DNA of 63,246 nt, filler included, from Reticulomyxa filosa (lineage: Eukaryota > Protista > Foraminifera), in the NCBI GenBank assembly GCA_000512085.1. It is 24 parts of 24 records of this genome, joined end to end, with 100 filler letters (N's around TTAATTAATTAA, not from the genome) between each part and the next. Parts side by side here need not be neighbours in the genome. Positions count along the whole stretch, not along the records: positions 20,063 to 25,827 come from ASPP01017772.1; positions 25,928 to 28,620 come from ASPP01010894.1; positions 28,721 to 30,376 come from ASPP01009540.1; positions 30,477 to 31,916 come from ASPP01019664.1; positions 32,017 to 33,268 come from ASPP01028909.1; positions 33,369 to 35,373 come from ASPP01008726.1; positions 35,474 to 37,972 come from ASPP01007201.1; 17 more parts are not named here. One strand, written 5' to 3'. Positions 24,891 through 35,886 of this stretch are shown here, piece by piece. The notes under the pieces are model-generated. The model was not told the DNA's origin. It did no database searches and saw only the letters and a program-made list of their open reading frames with translations. Position numbers and translations under genes: made by a program. The stretch's first letter is position 1. Each line of letters starts with the position of its first letter.

Positions 24891-25459
24891 TTTTGAAAAA
24901 AGCACAATTAAAATATTTTGTTAACCATGCTATCTTTAGATATTTTTTATTTTTATTTTTGTTTCATAGTCACAAAATCACTTCTTTTGCATCCTTAAGT
25001 AATGGGAAGAATTTTATAAAGATGATACGTGTTTTCAAGTGCTATGATTTATAAGGAGGTTCATTCGTGTTTAAGTATTATAATTTTTTTTTGAAGTAAA
25101 AGGGAATGAGCAAAATTTTGTTACTCTTATTAATTTGTAGTTGTGTATGACACAAGATATAAATATTTTTATTTAACAAATTTTTCAAGGAATATCTAAA
25201 ATAAATATATTAACAATAAATATCAATGAAATTATTGACAATGGCCATTCAATCTATTGCATTTATTGTATGTAGTTTGTCATAAGCTAAAAGATGGATT
25301 TCCAAATTATATAACACAAAAATTTCGGAAGACGCTTGTAGTTTTTAAATCTAAATGATAAAAAAGTTTCTGTTCTGTCCCCTTGCATTCATAAAACTAC
25401 TTCATAAAATCAATCTTATTGAAGAGCACTAAAAAACCTTTTGAAAACCAAGGAAAAAG

Positions 25460-25827
25460 ATGACCGAAGTAGAAGACGAAAAAACTCTAAAAGGAACAAA
25501 AATTGGAATAACTCCAGTTCCTATTGAACAGTCGTGCTTTGATAAAAATTGGATATTGCAATTAAATCAGCCAGAGCAATTTGAAAATTTTATCTGCATG
25601 CTTTGCAAACAAGTTGTCAACTATCCTATTGAAATTTGTTGTCCACAACACAAGGACATTGATGAACCACCTATCATTGGTGATAATTGCTTGAAGCAAT
25701 TTTTGAAAGCCAATCCGAATTCATGTCCTATTCAACCACATGATAATATCACGTACTATCGAAGTGATGTGGCACAACGTCATATTGGTACCTTGAAAGT
25801 GATATGTCCACTACAATTTCAACAAAA
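25460..25827 (+). CDS. TRAF-like/degenerate RING zinc-finger N-terminus, 3' truncated
   Basis: CFDKNWIL...FICMLCKQVVNYPIEICCPQH...GDNCLKQFL...CPIQPH...LKVICP, a TRAF-type RING-then-Zn-finger spacing. Confidence 0.75.
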
Positions 25828-25927
25828 NNNNNNNNNNNNNNNNNNNNNNNNNNNNNNNNNNNNNNNNNNNNTTAATTAATTAANNNNNNNNNNNNNNNNN
25901 NNNNNNNNNNNNNNNNNNNNNNNNNNN

Positions 25928-25971
25928 CCGGGTTTTTAAAAACCCGGAATTCAAACCCTTTCGGTTCCAAC
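25928..25971. other. 454 paired-end linker remnant (artefact); second copy at 28721-28760
   Basis: GAATTCAAACCCTTTCGGTTCCAAC is half of the palindromic 454 FLX paired-end linker; both copies lie at contig starts. Confidence 0.92.
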
Positions 25972-26015
25972 TGCATGTATGAGGTTAATAAATAAAAGAG
26001 ACAATTTATCAAGCA

Positions 26016-27435
26016 CACATGGATTCGCCAACAATGGATGCCTTTTGCAACGGAGTAATCTTTTGCCAGAGACACATGTAGAGGCTCGATTTTTGTTTTC
26101 CGTAATAGTGTGTCATGCATTTCCAAAGCAAAAGAAGAACTGCTTGGATGACAGTTTGTGAATTTTAACAAGTCAAAGTTCCAGCCCTCGGTGCTACATG
26201 TAATGACATGAGAGAAAGCAGACGGCCAACGAATGGAAGAGGAGCAACACGGCTGAATAGAAAAAGAGTACTTACAATTGGGCTCCAAACCTGTAACGCA
26301 GTACTTCCATTTTTGGCTCGAATTCGGCTTGACGCGTATTGAAATGGCTTGTTCATCCGTTTGTATGTCCTCCTTTTGCACTTTTAGTGCAAACTCCAAC
26401 TCACTCGATTTTTCCTTATCTCCAAGTGGCTCTCTCAGACTCCATTCTATCGTCACACTCTCACTCGTCCTTTCTTTCATTGTTATCTCCAAATTCAACA
26501 GTTTTATTATTCGCAACGATTCCATCTTGAAATTTTCTATCCATTTTTCAATCTTTTCTTTTTCCAATGTCACGTACGCACTCTCTTTTTCCTCACTTTC
26601 TGGCAAGGACTCATGATCCACCCCTGAGCATTGCTCTGCTGCGTCTTTGCTATCGTCATGTTTCGATGTTTTGGTATCTTCTAACATTTCTTTTATTTGG
26701 GGGTAATGCTAAAGAGGAGAAAAATTGCGTGTGTGTGTGTGCAAGGAGGGGAAGAGGAAAGGACAACGTAAGGGACCTCGTTTGTGAATCATTAGCACAT
26801 ACGTATATAATATATGTACATATTTATGATTTAATATAAATGCATCTGCAACATTATGTTTGAGTAGATATAACAAAAACAAAATATAAATAAATAAATA
26901 AAATAACAGTAACATTGCACAAAGCTTGGCGATTGCCTTGCAATTGCTTGATTTTTAAATCAATCATATCATTCCATCGCTGGATTAAACAACGCCTGTT
27001 TTCATTTATCAATTCAATTAGTCCATCCATATATACATTAATTTGATCTTCATTATCTTCTTTTGTTTTATTCAACAATTTCGTCTGATCTTCCATTTTT
27101 CTTATCTTTTGCATCTCCTTTTCTAAGGATTTGTCCACCATTTGCACTTTTATTAACTGATCACTCCGGTTTTGTTCGAAATGTTTTTTTAGTACAAGAA
27201 AAGGGAAGCATTGATTTATTTTATTACAGATTTCTTTTCCTTTTTGTCAACATTTTTGAGAATATAGCCTTACCTCCACGATTATCTCGAGGTGATTTGT
27301 CAAGTTTTTTTCTGGCATGCCCCGTGCAAGGGAGCGCACTTTTTTTGTGCTTTTACTGTCTTGTTTGAATTATTCTTTTGTCCCTGCACAACTTTACATT
27401 TAGTTTGCAGGTGTTAAAAGAAGGAATATTTTCAT
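26016..27435 (-). CDS. Coiled-coil plus fibronectin type III domain protein, possibly with a SPRY-like domain; multi-exon
   Basis: TSESVTIEWS...YCVTGLEPNCKYSFSIQ is an FN3 signature; upstream is a TRIM-like coiled-coil exon, downstream GIHCWRI. Confidence 0.7.
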
Positions 27436-27857
27436 TTTGTTCAAACGAACTAGATAATGTTTCTCCGTGACAAACTGAAACTGAAAGAACGGCACTACGT
27501 TCAATATTGCTTCAAGATTTGTATTTGGATTATTTTGTGGTGGACCATAGAGAAAAAGAGTAAAAAAGTTGCAAATACAAAATTTAAAAAAAGTATTTCC
27601 ACATATTAAACATGAACTAAAAGCACAAAGAATGATGAGATTTTGGGCCATTGAAAAAGACTCCAAAAAAAAAAAACAAAAAACACAAACAAAAACAAGC
27701 AAATAAAAAGCAAACAAATTTACAATAAAACAAAACTTAACTAACCGAAAAAAATCAAACAAAGTAGGTCGGAAAAAAATTGAAAAATTTTTTGTGCAAT
27801 AACGAAAGAGAAGGTACAGTAGGTTTAATAAGTTAGCACCAAATTACTTTTCAAAAA

Positions 27858-28620
27858 ATCAAATTTTACCCTTTTTCTGTAATTTGGTTACATTGTTCAT
27901 AGTTTTTTGGCGGAACATGACTTTGTCATTAATGAAATTCATGCTTTCCGCCAAAGCCTTTAAATGCAATTGCAACCCATTAACCCAAAGATCCCTTTCG
28001 GTGATGTTTTTAGCTCGAAAAAAGTATTTTTTGCGAGGTGACTCAACAATGAATTGCCTCTGTTTTTTTTATCGGATGAGTCTACAACGACACTGGACAA
28101 TTGCAACAAAGTCAGACTATTTTGAAACTTGCGACGCTCTTTGATATCCAAAGGATTATCAATATATTGCTCTTTTTTTGCTCCAAAGCAAATGTGTACG
28201 TTTGACAATGAACCACCGTTTTTGCCATCCGCCAAACCGCTTGCCCGATTTTTTTTCAAAAATCCATGCAATTGTGGCAGTTGATGTATGCTCTGTTGCA
28301 TTTCTTGAATTTGCGCAATCGTATCTGTTCGTTGTATTTTGCTGTCCACACTCGTCGTATTCAGTGTATTCGTTTCTGTCGCTTTGGCGATTTCCACAAT
28401 CGCCGGCGTTTCACGGCTTTGTTCGAGCGTCGGCGCTCCCGTTGGTTTCTTATTGTCACTTTGTTTGTCCTTGCTTTTTTCTGTTGTCTCGTCGCTGCTC
28501 AAACGCATCGAACTCAAATGCACCGAAGCACGCTTCAAATTATCCTTGTCATCATTCTTCATTTGCATCAAATTTTTTGCTAAACTTGCTACTGTGTCCC
28601 TGTCTTTTATCTCTTCGCTT
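27858..28620 (-). CDS. PH-domain protein, 3' part (homopolymer frameshifts)
   Basis: Across frames: LHGFLKK...WQKRWFIVK...FIVESPRKKYFFRAKNITERDLWVNGL. Confidence 0.8.
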
Positions 28621-28763
28621 NNNNNNNNNNNNNNNNNNNNNNNNNNNNNNNNNNNNNNNNNNNNTTAATTAATTAANNNNNNNNNNNNNNNNNNNNNNNN
28701 NNNNNNNNNNNNNNNNNNNNGTTTTTAAAAACCCGGAATTCAAACCCTTTCGGTTCCAACCTA

Positions 28764-29528
28764 CGCAAAACGATCGACGTATGCACCACGACGTTGGTCG
28801 AGGAGAGCACCAACAACTATGTACCCGACGTGATTGTGCGGGAAATCGTGTCGTTTATCGGAAATCAAAATATTCGATTTGTTGATATGAACGCGATGAA
28901 GTACATGCGTCACTCTCCGCGACACGACGAAGACGCGTGGTGGAGTGTGGAAATGCTCGTGTCACAATGGAAATCGGGTCCCACAGAAAGTCATTCTCAT
29001 CATCCTCATCCTCATTCCCACTCTCATCGCGATAAGAGATCCGAACGAAGGAGTGACTCCAAAAAACAAAACATGGGTCAGTCGATATTGCGAAATGAAA
29101 AAAATCTAACCAAAATGTATTCCCACAAAAAATCGAATCGCAGAAAACTCTTACTTCACAATGCCGAAGACTTCTTTTCTATCAAAAAGAAATACAAAGA
29201 GGCTTATGGCAATAACAACGAGTCAGCCCATCTCTTTCCCACGTGGAAAAAACTCAATCGCAACGGCGAACATGACAGCTTGTGGTATGACTGCTCGCAA
29301 CTCGTTCAAATCAATGGCATTTGCGTGTTTGGCAGCGTCGAAAACTCAAAGTTTATTAGTGTGCGCGTGGCGAATGACATTGACACTCACGAAAGTGAAC
29401 ACTGTCGACTGCTCGTTCAACACTTGGATGGATGGGCATGTTTCACCGATTTGAACATTATTTGTCGATATATTGAACTAACGTTTGACGGCACTAATGC
29501 CACGATCCATCAATTGATATTCATTTGA
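28764..29528 (+). CDS. Hypothetical protein, 3' part
   Basis: About 250-codon open frame with coding-like composition; no family recognised. Confidence 0.6.
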   Translation, partial: RKTIDVCTTTLVEESTNNYVPDVIVREIVSFIGNQNIRFVDMNAMKYMRHSPRHDEDAWWSVEMLVSQWKSGPTESHSHHPHPHSHSHRDKRSERRSDSKKQNMGQSILRNEKNLTKMYSHKKSNRRKLLLHNAEDFFSIKKKYKEAYGNNNESAHLFPTWKKLNRNGEHDSLWYDCSQLVQINGICVFGSVENSKFISVRVANDIDTHESEHCRLLVQHLDGWACFTDLNIICRYIELTFDGTNATIHQLIFI

Positions 29529-30477
29529 GTTTTTTCCTAATTTTTTTTGAGTTTTTTTTACACTACTTTTTTTTTTTTTTTTTTGGAGAATTGCTTTGAA
29601 TGTTTTAACAAAAAGTTGATCGATTTTTATCCCCACTTTTTTTTGTCTTTCCTTCTCTATTTCTCTCCCCGTCAGAGGATAAAAAGTCTTCAACCGTAAA
29701 AATCTTTTTTTTTTTTTTACTACAGTTCTCCAGGAATGGAACTTTTTTCTTGATTCGCATTTGTTTGGTTTTTTTTTTTTTTTGATGATACATTGATCTT
29801 TTCTTGCTTTGTTTGTTTGAGTGTGAATGAAAAAATATTTGAAGAGCATAAAAAAAAAAAAGTGTTGAGTGTTTTGTTGCTCTTGCCTCGTCTTTATGTC
29901 AAGGTCCTTTTTTCATCGCACTGTTCAATTTTTTTTTTTTTTTGAGTTGCTTGACATTGGTGAAGTCTCACAAAAAATCAAGCATCTTACAAAAATGGAC
30001 GCTCTAAGAATAATTATGAAAATATTTCCACATTACAAAGTGCACCCCCTCCCTTCTGTACAGCAACGAATAGCAATCTTCGAAAGTAAAGTTTAACATT
30101 TCTGACTTTAATATTGTTTTATGACTGACATATAGAATATATTTTTTTCTTTTTAGAACTAAGTACATTGTCTTCGATAAACTATTTTCAATGTATGCCT
30201 TGCTGATATTTTTTCTTTGTAAAGAGTCATTAATAAAAATAGAAAACTTCTTACAAAAAAAACTCCTCAAATAATTCAATTAATTAAGAAAATAAAAATA
30301 TGTTAAACAATTGGATACACCAAGACAACTATTTTTTTCTCGGAGACTCCCTTTTGTTTTCATCTACAATAGCCCTNNNNNNNNNNNNNNNNNNNNNNNN
30401 NNNNNNNNNNNNNNNNNNNNTTAATTAATTAANNNNNNNNNNNNNNNNNNNNNNNNNNNNNNNNNNNNNNNNNNNNG

Positions 30478-31916
30478 AAAAGTCATCTTACCAATCCCCA
30501 AAAATTAGCTAGTTGCGAAGTCAATTTGGAAAAAGAAGTAGAGAGCTTTATGAAACGAATAAGTGCAATCACGGTATGGAGTTTGAATGATTGCAATCAG
30601 ATCAATCTGTATTTCAGTTGTTTTATGTCTATGCAAAAAAACGGAGTCCTTTCCAGTGTCGTGAAACTGCACATCGATTCCATTGATAATATCGTGAAAA
30701 ATCGGATGGAAAACTTAAAAGTGATGCCATGACCAATTTGAAAGTAGACCATGTGATACCACAATTATTATCCATGAAAACAATGTCTATCTATATGATC
30801 AGCTTCAAAGAAATGGTGAACAAACGCATCGACGAATTCTTGAATGTCTATAAAAAGCAATACAAAGATGGTACTGGTATTGCCATGCTCGCACTGAAGT
30901 TGGAAAAAGACCCAAGTGGAATTGGTGAAATGATTGTTGCTGAACCAATGCATTTAAAGGATATAATGTGGCTCTATTCAATTCGAAGACAATGTCACAT
31001 GGGATTGACTACGTGTTAGAAAAAATTGGAGCTATAGATGATCAAATAAACACCGAAGACTTAAAGGAAAAATTCAATAAATTTAATGATCTTTACAGAC
31101 GGTTGATAAAAGAGAATTTACAAGAATGTGGACCAAATATTACCTTGTTGATAAATAATGCCAAAATATTCATAGGCAAGATTGAACAAAAACCTGATAG
31201 CGTCAAATGGGATGCCAAAATTCGCAACAAAGTACCTGAGTTAATGGCTTATATTTTTGCAGTGTGGACATTGCAAAATGCACATTTTTATTTCGATGCA
31301 AAAGGAGTGCAGGATCAAAATTCATATCTGTTGCAACCACATGTAGCACAAATAATTGCAATCTTTCGCATGTTGGGAATTGATAAAAACAAAGGAATTA
31401 TCCGCAGTTTGCAAAAAAAAATTGATGAAAAAAGGCCACGATTTATCAGCGGTTGGATAGGAAGCAAACCTCGATTAGTCAGTAATTTAGTTCAAATCGG
31501 AACTGGAGAGGGTAAATCTATAACCCTTGCAGTTGCATCTTGTGTATTGGCATTATTGGGATTTGATGTGAGTTGTGCATCATACAGTGAATATTTGAGT
31601 CGTAGAGATTTTAAAAGTTTTGAGCCATTGTTTAATGCATTTGGTGTTGTGGATCACATTCATTATGACACATTCAACAAACTTTGTGAACGTATCATCA
31701 ATGAGGGAGGTGATGTTCGCAAACTTGTTGAAAATTTGATTATTCCCGATGATGAAAAAGAGAGTGTGGAAACATCACGTGTCACTCGTGCCAAGAGTGT
31801 TATTGATTGATGAAGTTGATGTATTTTTCAACAAAGAATTCTATGGCAGTTGTTATTCCCCTGCTGCCACTTTGCGACATGATGCAATTACCAAACTCAT
31901 TAATTACATTTGGGAA
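30478..31916 (+). CDS. SecA-like DEAD-type P-loop ATPase domain protein fragment (frameshifted; possibly a pseudogene)
   Basis: PHVAQII, LVQIGTGEGKSITLA, SYSEYLSRRD and LLIDEVDVFF correspond to SecA NBD1 motifs; frameshifts near 30720, 30945 and 31790. Confidence 0.8.
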
Positions 31917-33368
31917 NNNNNNNNNNNNNNNNNNNNNNNNNNNNNNNNNNNNNNNNNNNNTTAATTAATTAANNNNNNNNNNNNNNNNNNNNNNNNNNNN
32001 NNNNNNNNNNNNNNNNTGAATCGATTATGGATCATGGTATTTTACGTTGAATAACGTATAATTTGGAAAAAAAAAGGTCCATATCCTTGTAATGTGCTCA
32101 TGGTTGATTGAAAGTGGTGAGCTGCGCAACCTATGTTCCAAGTTATAATATTTTTTTATAATGTGATTGGAAAATACTTAAAACATGTGATGAATACACA
32201 CGTATATAACATAGGCTCAAAGAATACAACATACGCCCATCGAACATTAAAAAGTGATTGTTGCGGTGCCAGCAAGCAAGGTGAAACGATGTCAAGTAAT
32301 GCCAATTTTATGGCATATTCAATTGCGAGTATTGACACTTGCCTCAAATTTTGTTTGTCTTTTGTTCTCTTCTTATTTTTTGTTTAATAATAATTTAAAC
32401 ATCTTCTCCAGCTCACCGATATCTTCATCAAATTATATTCTTGTAAAAAATTTCTATATTTTAATATTTTAAATCTAAAAAATAGTTCAAATCGAATCTA
32501 TCTTTATATTTTCGTTTTCACTTATGTCTTTAAAAAAGATCTCGAGTAATATCTTCTTACTGTCAAGAATACGTACAAGAGCAAGGAGCAAAAAGACGAA
32601 AAAGAAAAAGAGTAAGTATAGTCTGAATCCAATGAAACCAATGATAACAAAAATGGCAGTAATATTGGTGATTGGAAATTGGGAAGATTTGCAAGTTCTT
32701 TGGCCATGAAAACGAACAAAGGACTCTAAAATTAAAAAAAAGATTTATCTAAAAAAAAAGATAACAATCATTGAGATCACTCATAGTTTTGTTTGATAAT
32801 TGATTGCAATTGTTGCAAGATAGAGTAAAATATTGCAAGTATTGGACAGCTAATCTCAAGTACTGTGGTTGCAAGCGTATTTGATGTGTTCTTGACGTCT
32901 CCATGTCACAATTAATATAAGAGAGCACATGTTTTCTTCCGTGTTGTGACAATTGATGGAGTAGCTCATCGACTTTTTTTTCATTTCCTTCACAGGCTTC
33001 GCTGCAATATGATTAATATATTTCACCATATCAATTTCAAAATTTTCTAACCTTGAAAAAACTAAGCAAACAGGATGATGAAGATTAACAATATGTTTCA
33101 AGTTTTTATTGTGTCCTTGCTTTTCAATCTTTCGCCAATAATTTTTGTATAATTTGAGTAAGATCAAATCATCCCAACCAATTTTATTTTCGTTAAGAAA
33201 ATCCTGTTTTGAAAATCGATTTCTTTTCTTTTTGGTGTCACGTGATATATTTTTTTTGTTTTCAAGACNNNNNNNNNNNNNNNNNNNNNNNNNNNNNNNN
33301 NNNNNNNNNNNNTTAATTAATTAANNNNNNNNNNNNNNNNNNNNNNNNNNNNNNNNNNNNNNNNNNNN

Positions 33369-33564
33369 GCTTGATCTGGGTAGCTTGCGGGCCTTTTTTG
33401 CCCATGCCAGATACGTAGCTTACTTTCTGACCTTCGGCCAGGGATTTGAAGCCGTTGCTCTGGATTTCGGAGAAGTGGGCGAACAGGTCGTTGCCACCAG
33501 CGTCCGGAGTGATGAAGCCAAAGCCTTTAGCGTCGTTGAACCATTTAACGGTACCGGTTTCCAT
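33369..33564 (-). CDS. cspA: Bacterial cold-shock protein
   Basis: [21 protein letters not shown]...[19 protein letters not shown]; AAAAGGA RBS upstream. The exact csp paralogue is not determinable. Confidence 0.95.
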
Positions 33565-33837
33565 GAAGGTTTCCTTTTGAAAAAACGTGAAAAATCGGGC
33601 TATGCCCTAAGGAGCGAAATCATCAAGAAGAGACCGCTGGAAACAATGGCGTACCGCTTGTGCAGGGGAACAACGTTGAAACTTTGGATCGACAGCTTGA
33701 AATCTTGCTGGGCACGTTATACGCACCAAGTCGCTGTGCTGCAAGCACTTTCTGCATCAAGGGGGTGGAAAGCATGAAATATGCATTAAAAATGCCTACC
33801 TTTCACCACTTGCCACCCCCTCTCCAGCCGCCTGGCG

Positions 33838-34608
33838 CTAGCCCAGCGTCAGTACCACCGGCGTGTGGTCGGACGGGCGTTCCCACTTGCGCGGCGTCTT
33901 GTCGATGACACACGCGGTGGCGCGCGCTTTCAGGCTGTCGGTGATCAGGATGTGGTCGATACGCACGCCCATATTGCGGCGGAACATCATGGCGCGGTAA
34001 TCCCACCAGCTGTACTGCTTGGCCTCCTGGTTGAACAGGCGGAAGCTGTCGTGCAGGCCCAGGCCCTGCAGGCGGCGGAAGCTGTCGCGCTCCGGCGTGG
34101 TGCACAGTACCTGTTCGTGCCAGCCTGCCGGGTCGTAGACGTCAATGTCTTCCGGCGCGATGTTGTAATCGCCCAGCAGCGCCAGCTCGGTATGCTGCTG
34201 CAGCTCGGCGGCCACATGGCGCTCCATCGCGGCCAACCAGCCCAGCTTGTACTGGTACTTGGGCGAATCCACGGCTTCGCCGTTGACGAAGTAGGCACAA
34301 ATCACGCGCACGCCATCCACGGTGGCGGTAATCACGCGGCGCTGCTCGTCTTCATAGCCGGGCATGCCGGTCACCACATCGCTCAGCTGGCAGCCGTTCT
34401 TTACCAGGATGGCCACGCCGTTATAGGTTTTCTGCCCCAGCCACACCGCCTGGTAGCCGGCGGCCTCGATCTCGGCTTGCGGAAACGCCGGCTGATCCAG
34501 CTTCAGTTCCTGCAGGCACAACACCTCTACCGGGTTATCGGCCAGCCATTGCAGCACGTGCGGCAGGCGCACTTTCAGCGAGTTGACGTTCCAGGTGGCA
34601 AGTTGCAT
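33838..34608 (-). CDS. xthA: Exodeoxyribonuclease III
   Basis: ATWNVNSL, LQELK, YNGVAIL, GDYNIAP, YSWWDYR, RIDHIL, SDHTPV; complete 256-aa ORF. Confidence 0.97.
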   Translation of the reverse strand: MQLATWNVNSLKVRLPHVLQWLADNPVEVLCLQELKLDQPAFPQAEIEAAGYQAVWLGQKTYNGVAILVKNGCQLSDVVTGMPGYEDEQRRVITATVDGVRVICAYFVNGEAVDSPKYQYKLGWLAAMERHVAAELQQHTELALLGDYNIAPEDIDVYDPAGWHEQVLCTTPERDSFRRLQGLGLHDSFRLFNQEAKQYSWWDYRAMMFRRNMGVRIDHILITDSLKARATACVIDKTPRKWERPSDHTPVVLTLG

Positions 34609-35162
34609 GGCAGGTACTCCGGTAGATAACAGGCCGTCACCTTAGCGCGCAGGCGGCTGGCTGGCAACGCGGCTAAAATCACAAACACCCCATCACAAAA
34701 CAGCGCCTGAAAACCGGCACTTAGCGCAAGGTGGTGATTAATAAATTAGACACAAAACTTGCCAAGCCGCTGTTGGCCCCCCTAGAATGGCCAGGTCGTC
34801 ATTACCGGATGTTCAAATTGCTTTCCCGCAAACCGCGTGTCAACGCGCCCCAAATGGGTACTCAGTGCCCGACCCAAGCCGCTCATCGCGGTCGCCTGGC
34901 CCCCCTGGCCCAAAGCTTTGCCCTGCGCACCCCAAGCTACGCCCATCGTCATAGCCTGAATGCTGCCGCCGAACCGGACACCCAGTCCGAACCGCCGCGT
35001 TAGCGCTCCTCGCTGCCTGCCTCGCTGTCAATACCCGATTTCTGTCTGCCACCGGCCTGACCGGTAGCAGCGCATCGCCTTGCCGCCGCCCGCTTGCCCT
35101 GCGTGCAACCGTCCCATGACGCTTGCTGCCCGCTTGCGCGTGGCGCCGGGGCAGAACGAGAC

Positions 35163-35373
35163 ATGACCATGGATTTTCACAACTGGATGATGTACCTGGG
35201 CACCATCGTGCTCTTGATGCTGGCACCGGGCCCCGGCCCGCTGCTGACCCTGTCGCACGGCGCACAACACGGTGCCCGCGGCGGCATTCCCAATGCGCTG
35301 GGCTTTTCTGCCGGCGCGCTTACCCTGATGGCGCTATCGGCGCTGGGCATCAGCGCCCTGCTGTTCGCGTCGC
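35163..35373 (+). CDS. LysE/RhtB family translocator, 5' part
   Basis: MDFHNWMMYLGTIVLLMLAPGPGPLLTLSHGAQHG...ALGISALL, containing the PGP motif. Confidence 0.9.
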
Positions 35374-35473
35374 NNNNNNNNNNNNNNNNNNNNNNNNNNN
35401 NNNNNNNNNNNNNNNNNTTAATTAATTAANNNNNNNNNNNNNNNNNNNNNNNNNNNNNNNNNNNNNNNNNNNN

Positions 35474-35776
35474 AGCCGGTGCAGCAGCCACCGGGGCAGC
35501 AACGGCAGCAGCCGGCGCCGGCGCGGCCGCCGCAGCGCCCACTTCGATAATGGCGATGACGTCGCCTTCGGAGATCTTGCCGCCCAGTACCGCGCGTACT
35601 TCTTTCACCACGCCAGCGGCTTCGGCCGGCACTTCCATGGTGGCCTTGTCGGTTTCCAGCGTGATCAGGCTATCGTCAACGGCAACGGTCTGACCCGGCT
35701 GGATGAATACTTCGATGATGTCTACATTGCTGTGCCCACCGATGTCGGGCACTTTCAGTTCGATCAGATTGCTCAT
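35474..35776 (-). CDS. aceF: Pyruvate dehydrogenase E2, N-terminal lipoyl domain
   Basis: ELKVPDIG...ITLETDKATMEVPA plus an Ala/Pro linker, directly downstream of aceE. Confidence 0.93.
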
Positions 35777-35886
35777 GGCTTTATCCACATCGTGGGGCAG
35801 CAGGCGCCACGGCGCCGGCTGCCTCTATTCGGCTAGTGCAGGGGCGCCGTGCGGCGCGCCCTGCCCCAAGGTTGGCCGCAGGCGGC

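Noticed and set aside
25928-28760. Shared palindromic sequence at two contig starts as a transposon end or telomere
   Set aside because: It matches half of the 454 FLX paired-end linker; a library artefact.
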